From NCBI RefSeq assembly GCF_046119375.1, contig NW_027362767.1, positions 39,308,001 to 39,372,000 on the forward strand: a DNA stretch of 64,000 nt, read 5' to 3'. Shown one piece after another: positions 26,621 through 39,635 of the stretch. A program made the translations under genes and the position numbers. Below the pieces are notes generated by a model that saw nothing but the letters and a program-made list of their open reading frames with translations, searched no databases and was not told the DNA's origin. The stretch comes from Phyllobates terribilis (lineage: Eukaryota). The stretch's first letter is position 1. Each line of letters opens with the position of its first letter.

Positions 26621-28614
26621 TAATAAGCAAAGTAATGTACAGTATACACACTGACAACTTTATTATGTAGAATGATTCTTGGAGTCGTGTTTCCTCGGTG
26701 CTTCGGCCTCTGTTTAGCAGTGAGTGCAACTGTTTTTAACCATTTCATAGCTGGAGGAAGGAAAAAATGTTTTTATTGCATCGTCTGATAGTTTGCTACT
26801 CAGATAATGGAGGATAAAATCATAGCAGCGTGCCCGGACCAGATGGCCATGTAAATTTCACCAGCAAGAATCCAGGCTGTGTTCAGTCTGTAGCATGAAG
26901 TGACTAAGCCTAGACAACAGGAAACATGCGCCCCAACCACCTGCCGGTGATAAGATACAAAGGCTGCAGAACGCAGGGAGGGTCAGGTCGGGGTTCACAC
27001 CTGCACACGCAGGTGACTGTGACTCCGCAAGCAAGTCAGTGGGTCCTAATAGGAAGGTATAGGTGCGAGTGATGGGAGAGGGGGCAGGGGACTGATTGGA
27101 TCTTTCAGCTCAGGTTTTTGCATTACAAGCAGAATCTTCTTGCTGCAATCTGGTGGCTGAATTGCATAAATTAGCAAATCACCGACCATAAAAAAAACCC
27201 TTGGTTATTTTAGGCCTGCTCTGCTCAGAATTGTGCGCTATATTGACGTCTTGATTAAACAGTAATCTGCAAGGTGGCTGAGTACTTTCCAGCAGGTCAC
27301 ATGCTTCATGTTCTACATCATCTGCTAGACTGATAGGGTTAATTAAAGGAACAGGACTGGAGTTTCTGCAACCATATCAGTTATTAACCCTGAACTGGTG
27401 ATGTGGGGTTTCCTATACCCCAGTGTTTAGAAATCTCTTATTTTTACAGAAAAGATCACGTTTGTTTTAATCGCTTTCTTATTGGCGATTGATTACACAT
27501 GAGTATAACAAATTTTTGACACCCACAAATGGATGGAAGCTAGTGAGACACGTATCCTCATAGCAGCATTTTTCAATGAATGGCAGCCGAACAAAAATCC
27601 CCTGGGGTGTGGCAAATCCCACCTCACCAGTTGAGGGTTAAAAAAAAATAAAAACCTCTTCAAACTTTTCCAGCCGTTTTGAGCACTCGGCTCCCATGCA
27701 AACTGATGTAGCTGGTGTTCTGTGGCTAGTAACTACAAACAAACCCTACCTATGGTCAGTCCCTGCTGCGTCATATCTCCTCCTGAGAGATCTTTGGCCA
27801 GTACAGGTCCGTGTTATCGACATACAGCAGGTATTTGAGCTGCATTTTCTTACAGAAATCTTGGCAAGGACATTTCAAGCATATAGGCCAGACTATAGAA
27901 AGAAGGGAACCCTCTGAGCTCTGAACTTGCAGGTGCACAAGCAGCATGTCAGAGAAAGCAAATCTTAAAGGCATCAATACGGAAAGCAGCTACTTAATTG
28001 TACATCCCAATCTTCGGCTGTGGTCACTAAGGAGTGGCGCACTGCAAAAAAGGTTCAGAACTTTAGAGGGTTCAAGGGAAACACCTAAACCTAAGCATTG
28101 AGGCTTGAAGGAGCTCTAAAGCCCCTCGGTCACATAAGAAGACACCCGTATTATAAGTGGCACATGGTAGGTGGGGGCCCTGTTATTTTCTTTGGGGCAT
28201 AAGCCCTTACGGTTGGGCTCCTGGGAAGTACTACAATGAATACTGGGGATGTAGAGAGGCTTGTTTTGATTACACAAGGTGGAGAACATGGCTGAGAAAG
28301 GTATATGGAGTTGTTCAAATTTTGGGCTCCTCATAAGAGGAGCTCTGCCCCAAAGTAGTTCTTACTCTTCAGGACAGAAGTCTCTTACATGGACAAACCC
28401 CTTTAAATGGTACCATGCTCACGATCTCTACCTACATAAAGTCAGAAACGCCAGTCTTGTCATCAAAGGGTTAAATAGACCTGGTTGCTTTTCTCCAAGG
28501 GACACTTGACAAAAAACACTAATACTGCAGGTGATCTGCTCACGGGAAAAAAATGTGATTACTCAGGTTCCTTCTGTTTATAATTACATTTGTTGTGACA
28601 AATATGTAAAAAAG

Positions 28615-29393
28615 GGATAAGGAAAGGGGTTAAATACTTTTGCAAATGCACGTCAGCTTATAAATTACTATTCTTTTTTTTCTACCGGAAATTTCTGCAT
28701 GCATAACCATGACAGTGGAATAGGGGGACACAAGTATGCAAGCAAGAACATGGAGAGAAGGGAGCCCACTGAGCTCTGAACCTGCAGGTGCACAAGCAGC
28801 ATCGTAAAAGAAGCAACATGGAAAGTAGCCAATGATATAGTGCAATTGAATGTCTCAAATGTGAGCTGAGATCACCAAGAAGTGGGGGACTACTTTGAAT
28901 AATGTGGATGTTTGGGGGTGAGGGGTGTGTATCTACTAAGAAAATGGCAGTATCTGCTGCTCTGCTTGTGAAGAGGTGAGTTCTGTGACATCTTCGGAAA
29001 TTAGGATGACTTCTGACTATTGGAGAAGTGAACAAGGACTGTTGTAGTAACTGAGGAAGAAGTGGAACTATTGGGGATGATAAGGGATACAGACAAGGGT
29101 TAAATACTTTTTGTAAATGTAGGTCAGGTTATAAATTCCTGAGCTTTCTTTTACACCCAGAAAACTGAGCAAGCAAGGAGACGCAAGCTAGAACATGGAG
29201 AGAAGGGAGCCTACTGAACTCTGAACTTGCAGGTGCACAAGCAGCATCTTAAAAGAAGCATCATAGTAAGTAGTTAAGGATAGTGCATTGAGCTACGATT
29301 GCTAAGAAGTGGGGGATCGCTTTTGACTACTGGGAATGTTTGGGTGGGCTTCTGTATTTACCAGCAAAATGACAGTGCTTGCTACTTTTTAAC
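28615..29393 (+). repeat. Diverged ~470-bp tandem duplication, with a third partial copy near 27900-27990
   Basis: AGGGTTAAATACTTTT... occurs at ~28624 and ~29095. AGAACATGGAGAGAAGGGAGCC..CTGAACYTGCAGGTGCACAAGCAGCAT occurs at ~28745 and ~29189, and the CTGAACTTGCAGGTGCACAAGCAGCAT core also at ~27922. Confidence 0.75.
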
Positions 29394-29474
29394 TACAGGT
29401 GCATCTCACTAAATTAGAATATCATCAAAAAGTTAATTTTTTTCAGTTCTTCAATACAAAAAGTGAAACTCATA

Positions 29475-31098
29475 CAGTTAGGTCCATATATATTTGGACA
29501 GAGACAACATTTTTTCTAAGTTTGGTTCTAGACATTACCACAATGAATTAAAAAAAAAACAATTCAGATGCAGTTGAAGTTCAGACTTTCAGCTTTCATT
29601 TGAGGGTATCCACATTAAAATTGGATGAAGGGTTTAGGAGTTTCAGCTCCTTAACATGTGCCACTCTGTTTTTAAAGGGAACAAAAGTAATTGGACAATT
29701 GACTCCAAGGCTATTTCATGGACAGGTGTGGGCAACCCCTTCGTTATGTCATTCTCAATTAAGCAGATATAAGTCCTGGAGTTGATTTGAGGTGTGGTGC
29801 TTGCATTTGGAAGGTTTTGCTGTGAAGTAAACGTGGTCAAAGGAGCTCTCCATGCAGGTGAAACAAGCCATCCTTAAGCTGCAAAAACAGAAAAAACCCA
29901 TCCGAGAAATTGCTACAATATTAGGAGTGGCAAAATCTACAGTTTGGTACATCCTGAGAAAGAAAGAAAGCACTGGTGAACTCATCAATGCAAAAAGACC
30001 TGGGCGCCCACGGAAGACAACAGTGGTGGATGATCGCAGAATAATCTCCATGGTGAATAGAAACCCCTTCACAACAGCTAACCAAGTGAACAACACTCTC
30101 CAGGAGGTAGGCGTATCAATATCCAAATCTACCATAAAGAGATGACTGCATGAAAGTAAATACAGAGGGTTCACTGCACGGTGCAAGCCACTCATAAGCA
30201 TCAATAATAAAAAGGCTAGACTGGACTTTGCTAAAGTTCTGGAAGAACATTCTGTGGACAGATGAAACCAAGATCAACCTCTACCAGAATGATGGAAAGA
30301 GAAAAGTATGGCGAAGGCGTGGTACAGCTCATGATCCAAAGCATACCACATCATCTGTAAAACACGGCGGAGGCAGTGTGATGGCTTGGGCATGCATGGC
30401 TGCCAGTGGCACTGGGTCACTAGTGTTTATTGATGATGTGACACAGGACAGAAGTAGCCGAATGAATTCTGATGTATTCAGAGCCATACTGTGTGCTCAG
30501 ATCCAGCCAAATGCAGCCAAACTGATTGGTCGTCGTTTCATACTACAGATGGACAATGACCCAAAACATAAAGCCAAAGCAACCCAGGAGTTTATTAAAG
30601 CAAAGAAGTGGAATATTCTTGAATGGCCAAGTCAGTCACCTGATCTCAACCCAATTGAGCATGGATTTCACTTGTTAAAGACTAAACTTCAGACAGAAAG
30701 ACCCACAAACAAACAGCAACTGAAAACCACCACAGTGAAGGCCTGGCAGAGCATCAAAAAGGAGGAAACACAGCGTCTGGTGATGTCCATGAGTTCAAGA
30801 CTTCAGGCAGTCATTGCCAACAAAGGGTTTTCAACCAAGTACTAGAAATGAACATTTTATTTACAATTATTTAATCTGTCCAATTACTTCTGGTCCCTTT
30901 AAAAACAGGGTGGCACATGTTAAGGAGCTGAAACTCCTAAACCCTTCATCCAATTTTAATGTGGATACCCTCAAATGAAAGCTGAAAGTCTGAACTTCAA
31001 CTGCATCTGAATTGTTTTGTTTAAAATTCATTGTGGTAATGTCTAGAGCCAAAATTAGAAAAATGTTGTCTCTGTCCAAATATATATGGACCTAACTG
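29475..31098 (+). mobile_element. Full-length Tc1-like (DD34E) transposon, 1624 bp, inactive
   Basis: TA TSD (29473-74, 31099-100) and ~220-bp TIRs CAGTTAGGTCCATATATATTTGGACA... with several mismatches between the arms. Contains transposase remnants. Confidence 0.95.
29831..30845 (+). pseudogene. Tc1 transposase pseudogene (DD34E)
   Basis: HTH region followed by the GRPRK AT-hook-like motif, then WTDETK, KHGGGSVM, DNDPKH and SPDLNPIE, with 34 residues between D and E. Defects: the likely start reads ACG (29831), a TGA at 30143-45, and a deletion/frameshift at ~30235 where the usual linker before FWKNIL is missing. Confidence 0.93.
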
Positions 31099-31899
31099 TA
31101 TATTATATAGAGTCATTACACACAGAGTGATCTATTTCAAGTGTTTATTTCTGGTAATGTTGATGATTATGGCTTACAGCCAATGAAAACACAAAAGTCA
31201 TTATCTCAGTAAATTAAAAATAATTAACAAAAACACCTGCAAAGGCTTCCGATGCGTTTAAAAAGGTCCCTTAGTCTGTTCCCGAAGAGAAGGAATCAGA
31301 TAGAAATCTCGGTGTCTGAGCTCAGGTTTCATCTGTAGTAATAATCTTGCGGAGGTTTTCGTAGCCGCGCTTCATACATTATATATGAATATGCACCTTT
31401 ATCAGCTTTGGGTCATCACTGCTGCATAAAAGATTTTTCTTTTTTTGGTCAGTGCATCCATGGATCTCAAACTAAATTCAAATGATAAGATAATTGTCGC
31501 ATTATTTCTGCCCGTGGAAAGTTCTATGAAATGAAAAAAAGACTTAACCCTTTACGTCTGTGTGCCCCGACAGAGGAAACCCAATATAAATGTGACACAT
31601 AAGTTACCAGCCAGAAATGACAGATCCGATGAGGACTGAACAGAACGTAAGATCTCTGCAGCTGTTTGTGAACGGAGAATCTTCTCTGTGGAAATGTTAG
31701 AAATCTGCAGAAACTAAGCTTAGGAAAATATCTTTATGTACCTGTCTACACAGACACTCCGCTAGTCCAGAGAAAGAAAATGGAGGGGTTCTACTTTATT
31801 CTCCCATATCACTAACAGAAAGCGGCACTTAAGTTCCACAAAACCCCATCAGGGTCCCCGCCACAATTACAACAACAACAACAAAAAAAATCTGTTTAT

Positions 31900-32231
31900 A
31901 TATCATCTGTTTCCATCACTATCTCTCTAGGTCTCATATCTATTCATATGTCTTTCTATCACATCACTAAATATCCATTTATCTGTGTCCAACTATCACA
32001 TCTATTTATCTCCTACTTATCTACTTAATCCCCTATATATCCTTTTATCCATCACATATCTTTTGTAACTATCCATGTCATATCTATTTATTTGTCTATC
32101 ATCTATTACTTTTTTATATCTAGCTCATATTTATCTCTCTATCTAATTATATATCTTCTATTTCATGCATCTATCTTTCTATTCTATCTCCAGTCTGTCT
32201 ATTTATCGTCTAGCACATATTTCTATCTATC
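31900..32231 (+). repeat. Degenerate (TATC)n/(ATCT)n low-complexity tract
   Basis: Dense, interrupted TATC/CTAT motifs. Confidence 0.75.
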
Positions 32232-33200
32232 TAATAAGAAAAAAATGGAGGCAGCACACCAATTGGAAAAGTGAAAGAAGTGCTACTTAGTAGCCTATAA
32301 TGGAGACATTTCGGTTCTGTAACGCTATTGCCGGAGCTCCTGCATGGTTCCCCTTCCCCCCTCCATGCAGGGACGCCGGCACACTCACCGCCCTCGGCGT
32401 GGTCCCCGGCATGTTCCCTGCTTCCTTTTGTTGTGTGTGCTGAACTTCCCGGCGGCGCACCCCCCCCGCTCTTAAAGGGGTAGCGTGTACACATAGTAAC
32501 TTGCCCTGGCCAATGGTTGTAAGGCATTTAGTGTAAAAGGCACCCCCCCCTACTAGGAAGTGCCAAAGAAACATAGAATCATTAGGTAGTGTGGTAGCCT
32601 ACTAGTGAGCTGTGAGGTCCCCTGGTCCTGGTGTGGCCAGTGTTCTGAACCCGTAGTCTCTGGTCCTTGTGTGGACAGTCCTGAACCTGTAGTCCCTGGT
32701 CCTAGCGCGGCCAATCCTGAACCTCATCCCCTGTTCTGTGTGCAGCCAGTACCTGAATCAGTATCAGAGACCCATATGTCTGAACGTGTGCCTATCTGAG
32801 TATTCCATGGATCTGGACAGTCAATAACCATTCTGCAGAGGATCCAGAACCTATTAGTCTGAACGGAGCTCAAGTCCTATCCGTGTCTGCGTACTTGACC
32901 CCTGGGGTCAGCAGCTGCAGTACCGGGGACTGCCGAGGAGTGGTACCTGGTGGCTACCTGCAGCTCAATCCTGACTCCACCATCAGGAGCTCCAGTGAAC
33001 ACCTGGTAGCCGCTTAGCTACGCCCCTCCTAGGTAAGCCCGGCCCGTGGCACAGTGGGTCCGTTAACCACGTGCACCACCTGCGTATGTAACAGATTCTA
33101 AGTCTGAATCGTTCTCACTTAGAACCGAAATGTCGCCAATCTGGACTATTTAACACTTTTTTCACTTTTCCAATTGGTGTGCTGCCTCCATTTTTTATTA
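32232..33200. mobile_element. Short inverted-repeat element (~190 bp without its insert), possibly Penelope-like, interrupted by a solo LTR
   Basis: Arms AAAAAATGGAGGCAGCACACCAATTGGAAAAGTGAAA...GACATTTCGGTTC and GAACCGAAATGTC...TTTCACTTTTCCAATTGGTGTGCTGCCTCCATTTTTT are reverse complements. The Penelope assignment is a tentative inference. Confidence 0.65.
32318..33093. mobile_element. Solo LTR (776 bp)
   Basis: TGTAACG ... TGTAACA termini (TG..CA) with 5-bp flanks GGTTC / GATTC (one mismatch). Removing it restores the host palindrome TTTCGGTTCTAAGT...CTTAGAACCGAAA. Confidence 0.8.
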
Positions 33201-33243
33201 TATTGACTGCTTGGTCTGTACCTGGGAGGCTAGGCACCCTGAT

Positions 33244-33673
33244 NNNNNNNNNNNNNNNNNNNNNNNNNNNNNNNNNNNNNNNNNNNNNNNNNNNNNNNNN
33301 NNNNNNNNNNNNNNNNNNNNNNNNNNNNNNNNNNNNNNNNNNNNNNNNNNNNNNNNNNNNNNNNNNNNNNNNNNNNNNNNNNNNNNNNNNNNNNNNNNNN
33401 NNNNNNNNNNNNNNNNNNNNNNNNNNNNNNNNNNNNNNNNNNNNNNNNNNNNNNNNNNNNNNNNNNNNNNNNNNNNNNNNNNNNNNNNNNNNNNNNNNNN
33501 NNNNNNNNNNNNNNNNNNNNNNNNNNNNNNNNNNNNNNNNNNNNNNNNNNNNNNNNNNNNNNNNNNNNNNNNNNNNNNNNNNNNNNNNNNNNNNNNNNNN
33601 NNNNNNNNNNNNNNNNNNNNNNNNNNNNNNNNNNNNNNNNNNNNNNNNNNNNNNNNNNNNNNNNNNNNNNNNN
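33244..33673. other. Assembly gap (430 N)
   Basis: Run of N. The ORFs at 33179/33211 are artefacts of it. Confidence 1.
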
Positions 33674-34479
33674 CCTATATACTCTTCTGTTCCAGTTCTT
33701 GGATTCTGCTATAGTCTTTAGAGAAGTAGAATGGAAATATAAGTAATTATTCTCCAGAAACTTGACAGGAAGAAGATAAGAAATCTCAGAGAGAAAATGT
33801 CGGCACTTGTGTTATTAGCGGGTGAATGTGGTATCTATGGTGACGCGGCGGCATCATTACGGTGTATGATATCTGCATTATGTGGCACGCGGCCTGCGTA
33901 CAGACCTCGCATCGCGGGTGTAGTGAATGGTTTGAGCCCCTTTGTCTCTGAATGTCACTCCCATCATCCCTCGGATGCAGCCCGCTGAGCTTTCTTCTGT
34001 GACGACTGTCGCCCCCTGATGCTGCCAGGAGGAGTGGGGGAGGGATGTGACAACTACTCTCAGCATACTTTCCATCATGTTTGACATGACTTTCTCTTTT
34101 AATACCAGTGCATCCAATCTTCTATTTTCTCCATATATCTTTATAGGGGCTCCAAAAATAAATAAAAATTTTTTGTCAACCTGCGGCCACCACAAGAGGG
34201 AGCTCCATGGCTTGCTGCTCACCCCAGGGGCTGCTGGTCGGGGCTTATCAATGCATACCGTTGTGCTCTCAGCCCTGGATCTCCACTGGTTCATCCGTAC
34301 ACAATGGCATCAACCTCTACTCGTGGCACCAGGCGCTTTCAATCAAGGAAAGCGGGTGCAAAAACTAATTATTTGTTGACCAGATCACGATTTATAGTAT
34401 GTGCAGCTGCACAAGGGCCCTGTAGGCAATAGGGCCCGTCACTAAGGGCTAGGCTAAACATTTCCAGGATTTGAAATCT

Positions 34480-35575
34480 TGGCTCCTGCATAGGGGCCCC
34501 CAGCTGCCCCCTGTATGTGCGATTACTTATAGGAACTTACATTGCTCTGGTGCAAGGGCACCAGATGCCCCTTATATGTGATATTATGGGCCTTTACATT
34601 GCTTTTAAGCAGGAGCCCTCAGCTGCCCCATGTATGTGATATTACAGGCTCTTACACTGCTCTTGTACTGGGGCCACCAGATGCCCCTGTATGTGATGAT
34701 ATGGGATCTTCTTGTACTGGGTCCCCCAGCTGCACCTGTATGTGATATTCTGGGCTCTTATTGTACTGGGGCCCCCAGCTGCCCCTGTATGCGATATTAT
34801 GGGCTCTTCTTCTTGTACTGGGGCCCCCAGTTGCCCCTGTATGTGTTATTATGGGCCCTTCTTGTACTGGGGCCCCTAGCTGCCCTCTGTATGTGATATT
34901 ATGGTTCCTTCTTGTACTGGGGCCCCCAGCTGCCCTCTGTATGTGATATTATAGGTCCTTATTGTACTAGGCCCCCCTATATGTTATATTATGGGCCCTT
35001 ACACTGCTCTTGTGCAGCTGCCCCCTGTATGTAATATTAAGGCCCCTTATCCAGCTCTTGTACAAGGACCCTCAGCTACATCTGTATGTGATATTATGGG
35101 CCCTTCTTGTACTGAGTTCCCCAGCTGCCCCTGTATGTGATATTATGACCCTTCTTGTACTTGGGCCCCCAGCTGCCCTCTGTATGTGATATTATGGGCT
35201 CTTCTTGTACTGGGTCCCCCAGCTGCACCTGTATGTGATATTATGCGTCCTTCTTGTACTGGGGCCCCCATCTGCCCCTATATATGATATTATGGGCGGT
35301 TTTTGTACTAGGGCCCCCAGCTGCCCCTGTATGTGATATTATGAGCCGTTCTTGTACTGGGGCCCCCAGCTGCCCTCTGTATGTGACATTATGGGCCCTT
35401 ATTGTACTCGGGCCCCCAGCTGCCCCCTGTATGTGATATTATGGGCCCTTCTTGTACTAGGGCCCTCACCTGCCCCAGTATGTGATATTATGGGCCCTTC
35501 TTGTACTGGGGCCCCAAGCTGCCCCCTTTATGTGACATTATGGGCCCTTGTACTGTGGCCCCCAGCTGCCCCCTA
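34480..35575 (+). repeat. ~49-bp GC-rich minisatellite
   Basis: Unit approximately TTCTTGTACTGGGGCCCCCAGCTGCCCCTGTATGTGATATTATGGGCCC; about 20 variable copies. Confidence 0.9.
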
Positions 35576-36424
35576 TATCTGCTTGTGCCCATACACACTT
35601 TGCAGGGATTCTATATGATACATATGGACACATTGTATTTCTATCTTGGATACATTTTCCCTTCGGGAGAGTTGAGTTTTTGTTGTTTTGCACCATCCAT
35701 CGTGCCAAGATAAGCAGCCGGGGAACCTGGAAGAGGCCGAGACGTTGCTGTCTGTAGGAGGGATGGTTCTGTAGATGGAGCAGATCCTGGAAGCGGAGGT
35801 TGTGCCTGTCAGAGCAGAAACTACAGGCACAACTGCTGCCGACACCGGGCGCCCGCAGGGAGAAGGAGCTGTGGGGTGAGCAGTCCCCAGTGCATAAAGG
35901 GCCCGTCTGGAATGTCAGCCGCCAATTAGAGGTTACACCAAGGATTCCAGTCTGGCCACATGAAATCCCCGGGCTGCCGCTTCCTTATTCCCTATTAATT
36001 CAGGCTCCTGATGCGCCAGGAACAGCGGAATTAGTGGGAATAGTTTCCTATCATTGTTCACTATTTACAGTCTAAGAGGAAACTGCGGAGGCTACAGTCC
36101 ATGTCCAGCGATTGTCCGACATGTCCCCTACATTGAATAATACCCGAGAGGACCTCCTGTGCCCCACTACTGATAAACAGGGTAAGCATGCTGAGAGCAC
36201 TGGGGTCCCAGAGGGCAGAGATGACCTCTGAGTATAACGCAAAGGGGGTCCTTGCGGAACAGTAGCCTGGATTCTGGATCATAAAGTCTTTCTCCTGTTT
36301 ACTATCTCCCCCTGCTGAGTAATGCACTTACTATGTACCACCAAGAAGAGTGGGGGAAGGGAAACTCCAATACTACCCCCTGTGGGGAAGAACATTCTTA
36401 GTATATCACTATCTGCCATGCACA

Positions 36425-39400
36425 CGAGTATAACTACTATAATACTGCCCCCTATGTACAAGAATTTAACTACTATAATACTGCCCCTATGTACAAGAAT
36501 ATAACTACTATAATACTGCTCCTATGTACAAGAATATAACTGCTATAATACTGCCTCTATGTACAAGAATATAACTACTATAATACTGCTCCCTATGTAC
36601 AAGAATATAACTACTATAATACTGACCCCTATGTACAAGAATATAACTACTATAATACTGACCCCTATGTACAAGAATATAACTACTATAATACTGCTCC
36701 TATGTACAAGAATATAACTACTATAATACTGCCCCTATGTACAAGAAACTACAATAATACTACCCCTATGTACAAGAATATAACTACTATAATACTGCCC
36801 CAATGTACAAGAATATAACCACTGTAATACTGCCCCCTATGTGCAAGAATATAACTACTATAATACTGCCCCTATGTACAAGAATATAATTACTATAATA
36901 CTGTCCCCTATGTACAAGAATATAACTACTATAATACTGCTCCTATGTACAAGAATATAACTACTATAATACTGCCCCTATGTACAAGAATATAACTACA
37001 ATAATACTGCTCCTGTGTACAAGAATATAACTACTATAATACTGCCCCTATGTACAAGAATATAACTACTATAATACTGCTCCTGTGTACAAGAATATAA
37101 CTACTATAATACTGCTCCTGTGTACAAGAATATAACTACTATAATACTGCTCCTATGTACAAGAATATAACTACTATAATACTGCCCCCTATGTACAAGA
37201 ATATAACTACTATAATACTGCTCCTATGTACAAGAATATAACTACTATAATACTGCTCCCTATATACAACAATATAACTACTATAATACTGTTCATATGT
37301 ACAAGAATATAACTACTATAATACTGCCCCTGTGTACAAGAATATAACAACTATAATACTGCTCCTATGTACAAGAATATAACTACTATAATACTGCTCC
37401 TATGTACAAGAATATAACTATTATAATACTGCCCCCTATGTACAAGAATATAACTACTATAATACTGCTCCCTATGTACAAGAATATAGCTACTATAATA
37501 CTGCTCCTATGTAAAAGAATATAACTACTATAATACTGCTCCTATGTACAAGAATATAACTACTATAATACTGTTCCCTATGTACAAGAATATAACTACT
37601 ATAATACTGCTCCTATGTACAAGAATATAACTACTATAATACTGCTCTTATGTACAAGAATATAACTACTATAATACTGCCCCTATATACAAGAATATAA
37701 CTACTATAATACTGCCCCTATGTACAAGAATATAACTACTATAATACTGCTCCTATGTACAAGAATATAACTACTATAATACTGCCCCTATATACAAGAA
37801 TATAACTACTATAATACTGCTCCTATGTACAAGAATATAACTACTATAATACTGCTCCTATGTACAAGAATATAACTACTATAATACTACTCCTATGTAC
37901 AAGAATATAACTACTATAATACTGCTCTTATGTACAAGAATATAACTACTATAATACTGCCCCCTATGTACAAGAATATAACTACTATAATACTGCCCCC
38001 TATGTACAAGAATATAACTACTATAATACTGCTCCTATGTACAAGAATATAACTACTATAATACTGCTCTTATGTACAAGAATATAACTACTATAATACT
38101 GCCCCTATATACAAGGATATAACTACTATAATACTGCTCCTATATACAAGAATATAGCTACTATAATACTGCTCCTATGTACAAGAATATAACTACTATA
38201 ATACTGCTCCTATGTACAAGAATATAACTACTATAATACTGCCCCCTATGTACAAGAATATAACTACTATAATACTGCCCCAATGTACAAGAATATAACT
38301 ACTATAATACTGCTCCTATGTAAAAGAATATAACTACTATAATACTGCTCCTATGTACAAGAATATAACTACTATAATACTGTTCCCTATGTACAAGAAT
38401 ATAACTACTATAATACTGCTCTTATGTACAAGAATATAACTACTATAATACTGCCCCTATATACAAGAATATAACTACTATAATACTGCCCCTATGTACA
38501 AGAATATAACTACTATAATACTGCTCCTATGTACAAGAATATAACTACTATAATACTGCCCCTATATACAAGAATATAACTACTATAATACTGCTCCTAT
38601 GTACAAGAATATAACTACTATAATACTGCTCCTATGTACAAGAATATAACTACTATAATACTACTCCTATGTACAAGAATATAACTACTATAATACTGCT
38701 CTTATGTACAAGAATATAACTACTATAATACTGCCCCCTATGTACAAGAATATAACTACTATAATACTGCCCCCTATGTACAAGAATATAACTACTATAA
38801 TACTGCTCCTATGTACAAGAATATAACTACTATAATACTGCTCTTATGTACAAGATTATAACTACTATAATACTGCCCCTATATACAAGGATATAACTAC
38901 TATAATACTGCTCCTATATACAAGAATATAGCTACTATAATACTGCTCCTATGTACAAGAATATAACTACTATAATACTGCCCCTATGTACAAGAATATA
39001 ACTACTATAATACTGCCCCCTATGTACAAGAATATAACTACTATAATACTGCCCCCTATGTACAAGAATATAACTACTATAATACTGCCCCAATGTACAA
39101 GAATATAACTACTATAATACTGCCCCCTATGTACAAGAATATAACTACTATAATACTGCTCCTATGTACAAGAATATAACTACTATAATACTGCTCTTAT
39201 GTACAAGAATATAGCTACTATAATACTGCCCCCTATGTACAAGAATATAACTACTATAATACTGTTCCTATGTACAAGAATATAACTACTATAACACTGC
39301 CCCTTTGTACAAGAATATAACTACTATAATACTGTTCCTATGTACACGGATATAACTACTATAATACTGCTCTTATGTACAAGAATATAACTACTATAAT

Positions 39401-39635
39401 ACTGCTCCTCTGTATAAGAATATAACTACTATAATATTGCTCCTCTCTACAAGAATATAACTACTATAATACTGCTCCTATATACAAGAATATAACTACT
39501 ATAATACTACCTCCTATGTACAAGAATATAACTACTATAATACTGCCCCCTATGTACAAGAATATAACTACTATAATACTGCTCCCTATGTACATGAATA
39601 TTATAGTAGTTATATTCTTATACGTGGGAGTAGAA
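36425..39635 (-). repeat. 35-bp satellite array in reverse orientation, ending in one inverted unit
   Basis: Unit CTATGTACAAGAATATAACTACTATAATACTGC(T/C)C is the reverse complement of the 1-3421 unit. One forward unit lies at ~39600-39635. Confidence 0.96.

Larger units (their letters stand above)
29396..31281 (+). mobile_element. Left-end (TIR) fragment of an older Tc1-like element, split by a nested Tc1 insertion
   Basis: Starts TA|CAGGTGCATCTCACTAAATTAGAATATC. The sequence ...GTGAAACTCA-TA resumes as TA-TATTATATAGAGTCATTACACACAGAG at 31099 and stops near 31281. About 250 bp remain once the insert is removed; no ORF or right TIR is seen. Confidence 0.75.

Noticed and set aside
28380-28410. 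T2-type MITE ends (GGACAAACCCCTTTAA; similar remnants at ~8870-8915, 43030-43140 and 43880-45000)
   Set aside because: Only single ends or decayed fragments are visible, so boundaries cannot be defended.
33179-33721. 180-aa and 167-aa ORFs
   Set aside because: They are artefacts of the N gap.
35781-35877. Short reading frame MEQILEAEVVPVRAETTGTTAADTGRPQGEGAVG ending at a GTGAG donor
   Set aside because: The acceptor context is weak, there is no recognisable homology and no partner exon.
36071-36181. Candidate exon between TTTACAG and GTAAGC
   Set aside because: Stop codons occur in all three frames, and there is no other support.
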